A stretch of DNA of 64,000 nt from an uncultured Bacillota bacterium. Its GTDB lineage: Bacteria; Bacillota_I; Bacilli_A; RFN20; CAG-826. The stretch spans positions 9,841 through 73,840 of the forward strand of contig CALEHV010000044.1 in NCBI GenBank assembly GCA_937876465.1. The letters run 5' to 3'. The notes under the pieces were generated by a model. That model ran no database searches. It was not told the DNA's origin and worked only from the letters and a program-made list of their open reading frames with translations. Made by a program: the position numbers and the translations under genes. Every line of letters begins with the position of its first letter. The stretch's first letter is position 1. Shown here piece by piece: positions 30,267 to 37,359 of the stretch.

Positions 30267-31510
30267 TTTCTATGTCCTCCAATTTGATTGTGTCTTTCTT
30301 TAGCAGTACTTTTCTCTAAAAGAGAAGAACCTCTTAATACAGAGTCTTGTCCGTACTTTCTTTTAATGTTGTCCATAGCCTTTTGCATTTTGGCTCTTTT
30401 GATTTGCTCTTCTGGATTATCAAATAAAGACATTTGAACAGGTTTATCGCTTGTTAATTGCCCATATGAAATATAAATTCCACGAGTTAAATGTTCCCCG
30501 ATATATTTAAGAAAAATTGATTTAATTTCTTTAAACAATACTTCGCTATCATCAGTTGGTATAGGTAGTTTACTTTGATGTGAGAAACCACCTTCCAAAT
30601 CATCATATGTATATCTAATTGATAGAGAAACACTTTCTGTTTGTTGTCCATGAGCACGTAATCTATTTGAAAGATCGTCATTCATTTCTCTTAAAAGTAT
30701 TAAAGTTTCTTCTTTTGTATAATCTTCATGCAATGTTTGACCTAACGAAAAACTATTTTCTTCTGGAATGTACTTGTCTCTAATATTTGTATCATCAATG
30801 CCGTTAGCGTGTTCCCAGAGTTGCTCTCCAATAACGCCAAACTTTTCTTTTAGGAATTGTTCAGAACAATTTGCTAATTGTCCAACAGTAAAAATACCTA
30901 GATTATTTAGTTTTCTTTCATATCCATGTGAGATACCCCACATTTTAGAAAGTGGTGTAACTTTCCATAATTTATTTTTGATATCTTCTTTTGTCCAAAT
31001 AGCAATGTAAGGCGCTCTTTTCTTACCGTCTAAATCTAGCGCAAGTTTTGCCATTAACATATTCTCTCCAATACCTGCAGTTGCAACTAATCCTAGCTCT
31101 TTAAGAATTCTTTCTTGGACCTTCATGACTAGTTGTCTTGGAGTGCAATTATACATTTTTAAGTAAGGAGTTAAATCGATAAACAATTCATCAATTGAAT
31201 AAACGTGAATATCGTCTTCTCCAAAGAAATCTAAGACAATTGAAACGACTTTTGCAGACTTTTCGACATATGTAGTCATTCTTGGAACAGCAAAAATTAA
31301 TCCTTCAATCTTAGGTAATTCTCTTTTTCTACAACGTGAAGGAACCCCCATTGCTTTTAAATATGGAGATACTGATAAAACAATAGTTCCTTCACCACGA
31401 GATTCATCACAAACAACTAGTGGAGTTTTGAAAGGGTCTAACTTGCGATCTACGCATTCGACAAATGCATAGAAGGCCTTCATATCAATAACAGCGAAAG
31501 TTCTCTTCAT
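30263..31510 (-). CDS. Y-family (translesion) DNA polymerase, UmuC/UvrX-like
   Basis: N-terminus FAVIDMKAFYAFVECVDR, palm motif YSIDELFIDLT and a little-finger region. Confidence 0.85.
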   Translation of the reverse strand: MKRTFAVIDMKAFYAFVECVDRKLDPFKTPLVVCDESRGEGTIVLSVSPYLKAMGVPSRCRKRELPKIEGLIFAVPRMTTYVEKSAKVVSIVLDFFGEDDIHVYSIDELFIDLTPYLKMYNCTPRQLVMKVQERILKELGLVATAGIGENMLMAKLALDLDGKKRAPYIAIWTKEDIKNKLWKVTPLSKMWGISHGYERKLNNLGIFTVGQLANCSEQFLKEKFGVIGEQLWEHANGIDDTNIRDKYIPEENSFSLGQTLHEDYTKEETLILLREMNDDLSNRLRAHGQQTESVSLSIRYTYDDLEGGFSHQSKLPIPTDDSEVLFKEIKSIFLKYIGEHLTRGIYISYGQLTSDKPVQMSLFDNPEEQIKRAKMQKAMDNIKRKYGQDSVLRGSSLLEKSTAKERHNQIGGHRK

Positions 31511-31595
31511 CCTATTCTCAATTCTACTTGATTCATTTGTAAATAATTAGTCGAAATTAAAAATTCGACGAATTAATGATATTATATGTTTTGTT

Positions 31596-32978
31596 ATGGA
31601 CGCATTTATCGAATGGGTTAAGACACAATTATTAAATTTAGTTGGCTTAGACAAAATTCTTGCTGGGGAAACAACTCCACTTGCAATTTTGAATCTTGTA
31701 ACTCGTTGTTTAACACTTGTTTTAGGCATCTGCGTTGCTTATAGATTTGTTTATACAATTATTGGTTTCTTTGGAAAGGCACCTAAATATCCCGAGGCAC
31801 CAAAGACAAAAAGATATTGTTTTATAATATGCGCTAGAAATGAAGAAAAGGTTATTGGAAATACTGTAGAATCGGTTTTAAAACAGAACTATCCGAAAGA
31901 ATTGCTTGATTGTATTGTATTAGCCCATAACTGTAACGAAGACGACCATACTGCAGAAATTGCACGTTCTAAAGGCGCTAAAGTATATGAATGCCAACAG
32001 CCAAATAAACGTCGTAAAGGTTGGGGACTTGAATATTTGTTTGAACAAATTGAAAAAGACATTGGAATTGACTATTATGACGCTTATTTATTTTTAGATG
32101 CAGATAACGTTGTTGATGTTAACTTCACAGCAAAGATGAATGATGCATATTCAACTGGTAAGTTTGATGTTATCTATGGATATAGAAACATTAAAAACTT
32201 TGGAGATAATATCATCTCATCAGCATATGGTTTTAGCTTCTATAGATATATCCTTTCATGTCATAGACCTAGATCCATTTTGGGTTCTGGAACAATGGCT
32301 GGTGGAACAGGATATTTAGCAAGCGCAGAAGTTCTTAAAGATGGTTGGCATTACTATGAACTTCTTGAAGATAATGAGATGGTCTTAAAAAATACCGCAA
32401 AAGGATACAGATTTGGTTATTGCGAAGAAGCTGTTACATATGACGAACAACCAACAAACTTTAAAATCTCGTGCAGACAAAGAATGAGATGGATTAAGGG
32501 TGGCTTTATTGTTTTCTTTAAGTATATTTGGATATTAATTGGCTCTGGATTTAAGAAACCTTCATGGACAAAATATGACATTTTTTGGGAACAATTTCCA
32601 TATTCATTTATTACCTTTATTTTTGGTTTTTCTTATCCAATCGCAGTATTAATAACAGCATTAGTTCAATTAGCAACAGGAGGCTCACTTTCTTATGCTG
32701 ATTTTGAACCTGTTGTTTCATATGTAATTGGCTCATTTGTAGGAACATGTGCATCCTGCTGGCTTTTATCTATCCTATGTTCTATTAGAGAAAGAAAGAA
32801 CATTAGATGTTCAGTGCCAAAACTCATTTTATATAACTTGGTTTGGCCATGGTATGACCTCATATCAATTCCATTAGCTCTCTTATCTTTATTTATGCAT
32901 ATTACTTGGAAACCAATTCCTCATAAGGATGCACGAAGCATAGAAGATATAGAGAAAGAAAATATTGTTGGTAAATAA
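31596..32978 (+). CDS. membrane-embedded processive family-2 glycosyltransferase (PgaC/IcaA/cellulose-synthase-like)
   Basis: N-terminal TM helices, a GT-A core (FIICARNEE.., DxD as FLDADN), the processive-synthase signature QRMRW (32478-32492) and 3-4 C-terminal TM helices. Confidence 0.75.
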   Translation: MDAFIEWVKTQLLNLVGLDKILAGETTPLAILNLVTRCLTLVLGICVAYRFVYTIIGFFGKAPKYPEAPKTKRYCFIICARNEEKVIGNTVESVLKQNYPKELLDCIVLAHNCNEDDHTAEIARSKGAKVYECQQPNKRRKGWGLEYLFEQIEKDIGIDYYDAYLFLDADNVVDVNFTAKMNDAYSTGKFDVIYGYRNIKNFGDNIISSAYGFSFYRYILSCHRPRSILGSGTMAGGTGYLASAEVLKDGWHYYELLEDNEMVLKNTAKGYRFGYCEEAVTYDEQPTNFKISCRQRMRWIKGGFIVFFKYIWILIGSGFKKPSWTKYDIFWEQFPYSFITFIFGFSYPIAVLITALVQLATGGSLSYADFEPVVSYVIGSFVGTCASCWLLSILCSIRERKNIRCSVPKLILYNLVWPWYDLISIPLALLSLFMHITWKPIPHKDARSIEDIEKENIVGK

Positions 32979-32991
32979 ACCAACATATTAT

Positions 32992-33067
32992 GGGTCTGTA
33001 GCTCACCTGGGAGAGCGTCTCGTTCGCAATGAGAAGGTAGCCGGTTCGATCCCGGTCAGATCCACCA
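32992..33067 (+). tRNA. tRNA-Ala (anticodon CGC), CCA encoded
   Basis: Manual cloverleaf: acceptor GGGTCTG/CAGATCC with the Ala identity pair G3:U70, a D-arm gctc..gagc, anticodon stem tctcg/tgaga, loop ttCGCaa, a T-arm ccggt-tcgatcc?-type GGTTCGATCC and 3' ACCA. Confidence 0.85.
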
Positions 33068-33308
33068 AACGCATTTTAACCAATCCTAAAAAAGTAAGTA
33101 TTCCTGTAACTTCAAATTCTACAAATAAAGAAGTAGGGATAGCGGGCTGGAACTGCCCTGATTTCAACACGCTGGAAAGCGTGCTTGAGTCGATACTCGG
33201 TAATTCAATTGCCGAGTAGTTCACCGGGGGTTATTAAATATCAGATAGACGGTACATTAAATCGTAATGAAATAATGGCCTTATTCGCAATTTTGTTTTG
33301 CAAAAAAT

Positions 33309-33366
33309 AAAAGCTCGTTTACAAACGAATGTTATTTGATTCGTTTTCTCTAACGAGCTTTTTCTT
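33309..33366. terminator. bidirectional compound hairpin terminator
   Basis: Outer stem gctcgtt (33313-19) / aacgagc (33352-58) encloses inner stem aaacgaat (33323-30) / attcgttt (33339-46). There is an A-run on one side and a T-run on the other. It ends the minus-strand permease gene. Confidence 0.7.
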
Positions 33367-34496
33367 TATATTTTCATGTCGCCTTCTTTAATCCAACCAA
33401 GTTTTCTAAATAATAAATCTATAAAGAAGACTAAGACTGCAGGACCAACTAATTCTAGAACAATAATTCCTACCCATGTTTGCCAGGAATCAACGCCCAT
33501 GCTAGTTATTGTTCCAATAATACCAACTAGTCCTGCGGTACCCATACCAGCGCTTGAACCCATACAAACTACTTTAATTAAGCATGTAGAGATTGGTCCA
33601 AGTATTGCTGAAGCAATAATTGTAGGAAGCCAAATTACAGGTCTCTTAATAATGTTTTTGAATTGGAGCATGCTTGTGCCAATTCCAATTGATATAACTG
33701 TTCCAATTGGATTGTCTTTACGTGATTGAATGGCAAAGCCAATCATTTGGGTGCAGCAACCAACAATAGCTGCACCAGAAGCAATCATTAAGCCTTCATT
33801 TGGTGTTTCGCTTGCTACAAATATCATTGCTGCAATTGCAGCGCTTGAAATTGGTGCAGTTAAAGCCATACCCATTAATACAGCAATAATGATGCCCATT
33901 AAGAATGGAACAACATTTGTTGCGTTACTAACGATCCATTGAACTCCATATGTAACATAAATTAATGGATATCTAACTAACATAGAAATTGTTGCACCAA
34001 CAATTACTGTGAACAAAGGAACAATTAATATATCAACAGGAGTTTTCTTAGTTAAAACTAATTTCATTAATAATGCAGTGCAAATAACTGCTACATAGAT
34101 TGTTAAAGGATCCCCTATTTGAATCTTAAATGCGGTGTGCATTGCAGGGTCATATGCACTTACAAATGCTGTGCTTAAAGAGAATATAGCGGCAAGCTCA
34201 CCTACAACAGCTAAGCAAATAACCTTTAACGGATCTAATTTTAAAGCTAATCCAATACCTACGCCTACGCCTATACCCGTCAATACTTGAAGGATATAAG
34301 AGATGGATATTACTTTGCCATCTCCAATAACTTTAAACATAAAGTCGCAGAAAGGATTTCCTGCTCCTAAATGAAATAATTGTCCAATTGCACCAAAAAT
34401 TGTTCCAACAATTAATGTTGCAAATAGTCCGTGTGCCATTCCATTAAGTGTGTTAATGAAGAATGATTGAATTTTTTTACCTATAGTCTCTTCCAT
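33366..34496 (-). CDS. polytopic membrane protein, PTS EIIC-like (EIIC_2-type) permease, tentative
   Basis: 376 aa, about 10 hydrophobic helices, Gly-rich. The N-terminus (IQSFFINTLNGMAHGLFATLIVGTI) resembles proteins annotated as PTS transporter subunit IIC. No EIIA/EIIB partner is in the window. Confidence 0.45.
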   Translation of the reverse strand: MEETIGKKIQSFFINTLNGMAHGLFATLIVGTIFGAIGQLFHLGAGNPFCDFMFKVIGDGKVISISYILQVLTGIGVGVGIGLALKLDPLKVICLAVVGELAAIFSLSTAFVSAYDPAMHTAFKIQIGDPLTIYVAVICTALLMKLVLTKKTPVDILIVPLFTVIVGATISMLVRYPLIYVTYGVQWIVSNATNVVPFLMGIIIAVLMGMALTAPISSAAIAAMIFVASETPNEGLMIASGAAIVGCCTQMIGFAIQSRKDNPIGTVISIGIGTSMLQFKNIIKRPVIWLPTIIASAILGPISTCLIKVVCMGSSAGMGTAGLVGIIGTITSMGVDSWQTWVGIIVLELVGPAVLVFFIDLLFRKLGWIKEGDMKI

Positions 34497-34585
34497 AGCA
34501 AGTAGATAATACTTATTCTTTATAAATAAAACAACATATTGTTTGTGTAAGCGAATACACTAAGTGCTAAATTCTAACTAGAGGT

Positions 34586-34780
34586 ATCGAAATAAAATTT
34601 GAATTAAAAGACAAAGTTGTTACTCTTTGTGAAAGAGACGGAATTGCAAAAGGAAGCAAAGGAGAAGTTATTCAAGCTTTTGCATTCCCAACAGAGAATT
34701 ATATGGTTCAATTCAATGATGAATTTGGAGCATTAATTAAGTTGGTAACCTATTGCGATCACGAACTTAACAAAGCTTAA
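34586..34780 (+). CDS. small DUF4926-like ORF without canonical start codon (possible pseudogene or non-ATG start)
   Basis: The open frame after the stop at 34568-70 reads ..IEIKFELKDKVVTLCERDGIAKGSKGEVIQAFAFPTENYMVQFNDEFGALIKLVTYCDHELNKA*. agagg lies just upstream of ATC (34586) and ATA (34592), and there is no ATG/GTG/TTG. A terminator-like hairpin follows. Confidence 0.35.
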   Translation: MEIKFELKDKVVTLCERDGIAKGSKGEVIQAFAFPTENYMVQFNDEFGALIKLVTYCDHELNKA

Positions 34781-34789
34781 TTAAAACTA

Positions 34790-34835
34790 AAGTATCCTAA
34801 CTGTTGAAGTACAAAAATAGGATACTTTTCTTTTA
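34790..34835 (+). terminator. hairpin + T-run after the small ORF
   Basis: Stem aagtatcct (34790-98) / aggatactt (34819-27), a 20-nt loop, then tttcttttaaa. Confidence 0.5.
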
Positions 34836-34855
34836 AATGATAAATAAATTGTATT

Positions 34856-34877
34856 CGCATACATGCGCATTATGCGT
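34856..34877. promoter_or_regulatory. overlapping inverted repeats CGCAT-AC-ATGCG and GCGCAT-T-ATGCG(t): candidate operator, site 1
   Basis: Read directly from the sequence. The same GCGCATTATGCG core recurs at 36317-36329, and a related palindrome lies at 49168-49179, each upstream of a promoter of the fibre locus. Confidence 0.5.
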
Positions 34878-34904
34878 AATAAAGCTACTTTTATTTTTGT
34901 ATTC

Positions 34905-34933
34905 TGATAACAAATTTTCTTGCATGATATATA
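34905..34933 (+). promoter_or_regulatory. candidate promoter of the 35080 gene
   Basis: tgataa (34905-10), a 17-nt spacer, then an extended -10 tg-a-tatata (34925-33). This is a weak -35; other registers are possible. Confidence 0.3.
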
Positions 34934-35079
34934 AAATTAAATCTATAATAAAAATGCACATAGGAAATAACTAGCAATCGTCCCAAGTTGTTGTTTATTT
35001 CTGCATATCCCTATCATCCACTCAATAAAAATATTAAATGTTGAGTGATTTAGTCATTCAACGAAAGGAATTATTAAAA

Positions 35080-35763
35080 ATGAAAAAATCAAAAATCTTA
35101 GTTCCAGCAATCGCACTTCTCGCATTAGGCGTCGCTGGTTCAACAGTTGGTACAGTTGCTTGGTTCCAAGCTACAGCTGCTTCAACTAGTGTTGCTGCAG
35201 ATACAGCTAATGTTGAAACTATTTCTGGCGTTACAAACACTGACGCATTTGAAGTTACAGCAGTTCTTACTGGTTCACTCGACAATATTTATTTAACAAA
35301 TGATGCTGGCGAAACAAAATTAATCGTTAACAATGAGAATGTTGTTGTTACACCGTCAGAAGGTACTGGTTATAAAACATTAACAGTTAATGCAAAAGTT
35401 GACTATACAGGTTCAGGTTCACCTGTTTCTGCAGATTATGTCTTAAGCGCATGGAAAGAAACAGTTAAGGCTAGTGGCATTAATTTTACAGTTACTGATA
35501 CTTCAACTGGACTCGGAGCAGGTGCAGGCTTAAAATTCTGGACTGCAGCTCCAACATCATCATGGGCAGGTGAAGCTAGTGTTTCCGTAAACTGCACAAA
35601 ACCTGTCGCAACCGCTGTTACATTTACTGGAAGTGGTAATGCTTATTCAGCAGATATCGAATGTAATTTAGCTGTTTATGTTGGTGTCAAAGGCGTTGAT
35701 GATCTTGTGCAAGAATCAACTGATGCATATCAATTAACAGTTACACCAGCATTTGGTGCATAA
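35080..35763 (+). CDS. secreted 227-aa protein with SipW-cognate-type signal peptide; candidate major fibre subunit
   Basis: MKKSKILVPAIALLALGVAGSTVGTVAWFQATA.. (K-rich n-region, hydrophobic core, GTVAWF). The mature part is T/S/A/G/V-rich with only two Cys. It is monocistronic, with its own promoter region and a strong terminator. SD aaagga lies 10 nt upstream of the ATG at 35080; the track start at 35038 lies inside a hairpin loop and lacks an SD. Confidence 0.65.
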   Translation: MKKSKILVPAIALLALGVAGSTVGTVAWFQATAASTSVAADTANVETISGVTNTDAFEVTAVLTGSLDNIYLTNDAGETKLIVNNENVVVTPSEGTGYKTLTVNAKVDYTGSGSPVSADYVLSAWKETVKASGINFTVTDTSTGLGAGAGLKFWTAAPTSSWAGEASVSVNCTKPVATAVTFTGSGNAYSADIECNLAVYVGVKGVDDLVQESTDAYQLTVTPAFGA

Positions 35764-35785
35764 TTAGTTAAAGATTAATAAAACT

Positions 35786-35812
35786 GGTCACATTAAAAAT
35801 GTGACCTTTTTT
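35786..35812 (+). terminator. rho-independent terminator after the 35080 gene
   Basis: Stem ggtcacat (35786-93) / atgtgacc (35799-806), loop taaaa, then tttttt. Confidence 0.9.
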
Positions 35813-35881
35813 ATATTCATTTAAAAAATTATTTAATAATGTTAGACTATGTTATCATTAATAAAGAAAAGGGAATTTTAT

Positions 35882-36259
35882 ATGAACAAAACAACGAAAC
35901 GAATCTTAATTTTCACAGGATTAGGCCTTGATATCGCGGCTATGGTTTTCCTTCTTGTAATCGCTATAATTATGCTCGCTACAATGCCACAGATAATTGA
36001 TCCAGCGCATCCTGAATGGGTTATTTCCAAGAATGGTGAATTTATAGGAAACCTTCAATTAAATCCGACTCTTTATTTTTGCACTTGCGTTCTTCCTTTA
36101 ATCCTTCTTTTTATTGCAAATATTGTTGGTGTTATTCTTTATGTTAAGAAACACGCCTCAAAGAAAGCCATTCTTGCAGATCTTAGCGATGCTCAAAAAG
36201 AAGCTCTTAGAGCAGAACTTCTTAAAGAGATGAACAGCAAAGAAGAAGACAAAAAATAA
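35882..36259 (+). CDS. small two-TM membrane protein with charged C-terminal helix, unknown function
   Basis: MNKTTKRILIFTGLGLDIAAMVFLLVIAIIMLA.., a second TM LYFCTCVLPLILLFIANIVGVILYV and the tail LSDAQKEALRAELLKEMNSKEEDKK. SD aaaaggga lies upstream of the ATG at 35882. Confidence 0.6.
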   Translation: MNKTTKRILIFTGLGLDIAAMVFLLVIAIIMLATMPQIIDPAHPEWVISKNGEFIGNLQLNPTLYFCTCVLPLILLFIANIVGVILYVKKHASKKAILADLSDAQKEALRAELLKEMNSKEEDKK

Positions 36260-36277
36260 CAAATATTTAAGTTTATA

Positions 36278-36310
36278 AAGGACGTTTCGAAAGAGGCGTC
36301 CTTTCTTTAT
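36278..36310 (+). terminator. rho-independent terminator
   Basis: Stem aaggacg (36278-84) / cgtcctt (36297-303), a 12-nt loop, then tctttat (a weak T-run). Confidence 0.6.
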
Positions 36311-36316
36311 ACATAT

Positions 36317-36329
36317 GCGCATTATGCGC
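36317..36329. promoter_or_regulatory. perfect palindrome GCGCAT-T-ATGCGC: candidate operator, site 2
   Basis: It ends 12 nt upstream of the -35 hexamer of the operon promoter; its centre is about 54 nt upstream of the predicted TSS. Confidence 0.5.
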
Positions 36330-36340
36330 GAAACAAATAT

Positions 36341-36370
36341 TTGACAGAAAAATATCCTTTTTCATATAAT
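36341..36370 (+). promoter_or_regulatory. sigma-A promoter of the ten-gene operon
   Basis: Consensus TTGACA (36341-46), an 18-nt spacer and consensus TATAAT (36365-70). The predicted TSS is about 36377, immediately 5' of the riboswitch aptamer. Confidence 0.8.
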
Positions 36371-36380
36371 TAAATTAGTC

Positions 36381-36446
36381 AAATGGCAAAGCTACAGCAA
36401 TGTAGTGACGCAAAACTATAGGGTCTCTCTGAGATAGCCAGGTGCC
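36381..36446 (+). promoter_or_regulatory. c-di-GMP-I (GEMM-I) riboswitch aptamer, copy 1
   Basis: aaatGGCAAA, then hairpin gctaca-GCAA-tgtagt (GNRA tetraloop), the linker GACGCAAAAC, a second hairpin cta-taggg-tctc-tct-gaga-tag with a 5' internal loop, and gccaggtgcc. This is the two-hairpin GEMM-I layout with the conserved GCAAA/ACGCAAA elements. It lies in a 5' UTR 98 nt upstream of the ATG at 36544. Confidence 0.8.
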
Positions 36447-36543
36447 TAGATTTATGGAAGATCGTTTAACCGGATGATAGGTGATCGATTCCTTAGTAAA
36501 TCGTTGGGACAACATAATCTATTACTAATATTGGAAGTATTAT

Positions 36544-37359
36544 ATGGTTGATTTCAAGTTGCTTTACAAACGCAAGGCGAAAAAGATCGTTCCAATAGTT
36601 GGAGGTTGCTGCCTCGGTGTTATTGCAGTCTTTATTGGAGTAGCACTATTGGGCCAACGTTCAGCTCCACTTACAGTATCTTTAAATAACTCTGGTGCAT
36701 CACTTGCATTAAGTAGTTCACAAAAAGAAGGTTCACCTAAGACTTCATTCCTTTTAACTAAAGGTGTTCCTGGATATACAGAAATTGACGGAAGATCTAT
36801 TTCTTCATATGAACAAACTATGGAGATTGATAGTGAATTCTCAGAATCTGTTTTGTCACAGGATAAAAAGTCTACACTATTTTTTAAATACACTTTCTTT
36901 GTTCACAATACTGGAAGTAAGAACGCAACTTATACCTTGAGTTTAAATGTATCAAATCCTAATAGAACAGCAGATAATTTTGATCTTGCCGATATTTTAC
37001 GTGTACGTTTTTATGAGAATGCAGATGAAAATACACACACATATAAGACATACGCAAAAGCAACAACATATTTTGATCCAAATGCTGGAACATATGTTGA
37101 AGGTAAGGAACATATATCTGGTGCTGATACACCTCTTGTTGACGAAAACTTTGTAAGTAATAAAACAATTCTTACAAGTACAACTGAAAACTTTGAACCA
37201 AATGCTGTAAAACGTTATACATTCCTTTTCTGGCTTGAAGGAAACGATCCTGATAGCGATGGAAAAGAAGAACCTATTGGTAGTAGTTTAGCTTTAGGAG
37301 TAGGCGTAGACGCACATGAAGCAGACCAACCAAGCGAAGAAACATCTCAAGAAGAATAG
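36544..37359 (+). CDS. N-terminally membrane-anchored TasA/camelysin-like protein (tentative), acidic C-terminus
   Basis: One N-terminal TM (IVPIVGGCCLGVIAVFIGVALL) without the AWF motif. It has beta-rich stretches (STLFFKYTFFVHNTGSKNATYTLSLNVS) and the C-terminal motif FLFWLEGNDPDSDG..SSLALGVGV, which is related to the (Y/I)(L/I)EGWD motif of the next two proteins. Confidence 0.5.
   Translation: MVDFKLLYKRKAKKIVPIVGGCCLGVIAVFIGVALLGQRSAPLTVSLNNSGASLALSSSQKEGSPKTSFLLTKGVPGYTEIDGRSISSYEQTMEIDSEFSESVLSQDKKSTLFFKYTFFVHNTGSKNATYTLSLNVSNPNRTADNFDLADILRVRFYENADENTHTYKTYAKATTYFDPNAGTYVEGKEHISGADTPLVDENFVSNKTILTSTTENFEPNAVKRYTFLFWLEGNDPDSDGKEEPIGSSLALGVGVDAHEADQPSEETSQEE

Noticed and set aside
31550-31569. 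Canonical Firmicutes LexA (Cheo) box CGAAC-N4-GTTCG upstream of the Y-family polymerase
   Set aside because: The exact consensus is absent. Only a differently spaced CGAA...TTCG palindrome is present, and it is reported as a low-confidence candidate instead.
33168-33183. Hairpin cacgct-GGAA-agcgtg as SRP RNA domain IV
   Set aside because: The GGAA tetraloop matches, but the flanks lack the conserved symmetric and asymmetric loops (..GGUCC GGAA GGAAGCAGC..). Here the stem is a perfect 6-bp helix instead, so the region is left unassigned.
32965-33224. Track ORFs 32965-33219 (+) and 33003-33224 (-)
   Set aside because: Both read through the tRNA-Ala gene (the translations contain the tRNA, e.g. 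GSVAHLGERLVRNEKVAGSIPV) and have no SD. They are spurious.
34935-35079. A third c-di-GMP riboswitch (class I or II) in the leader of the major-subunit gene
   Set aside because: No GCAAA/ACGCAAA GEMM-I elements are present. There is a faint resemblance to c-di-GMP-II (..GCAC..GCAAUCGUCC..), but it lacks the complementary GUGC strand and the pseudoknot partners. A proper cmsearch (RF01051, RF01786) is needed before any claim.
35038-35079. Track start codon 35038 for the major-subunit ORF
   Set aside because: That ATG lies in the loop of hairpin 35019-35047, has no SD and adds a non-signal-like 14 aa. The ATG at 35080 has SD aaagga and yields a textbook n-h-c signal peptide.
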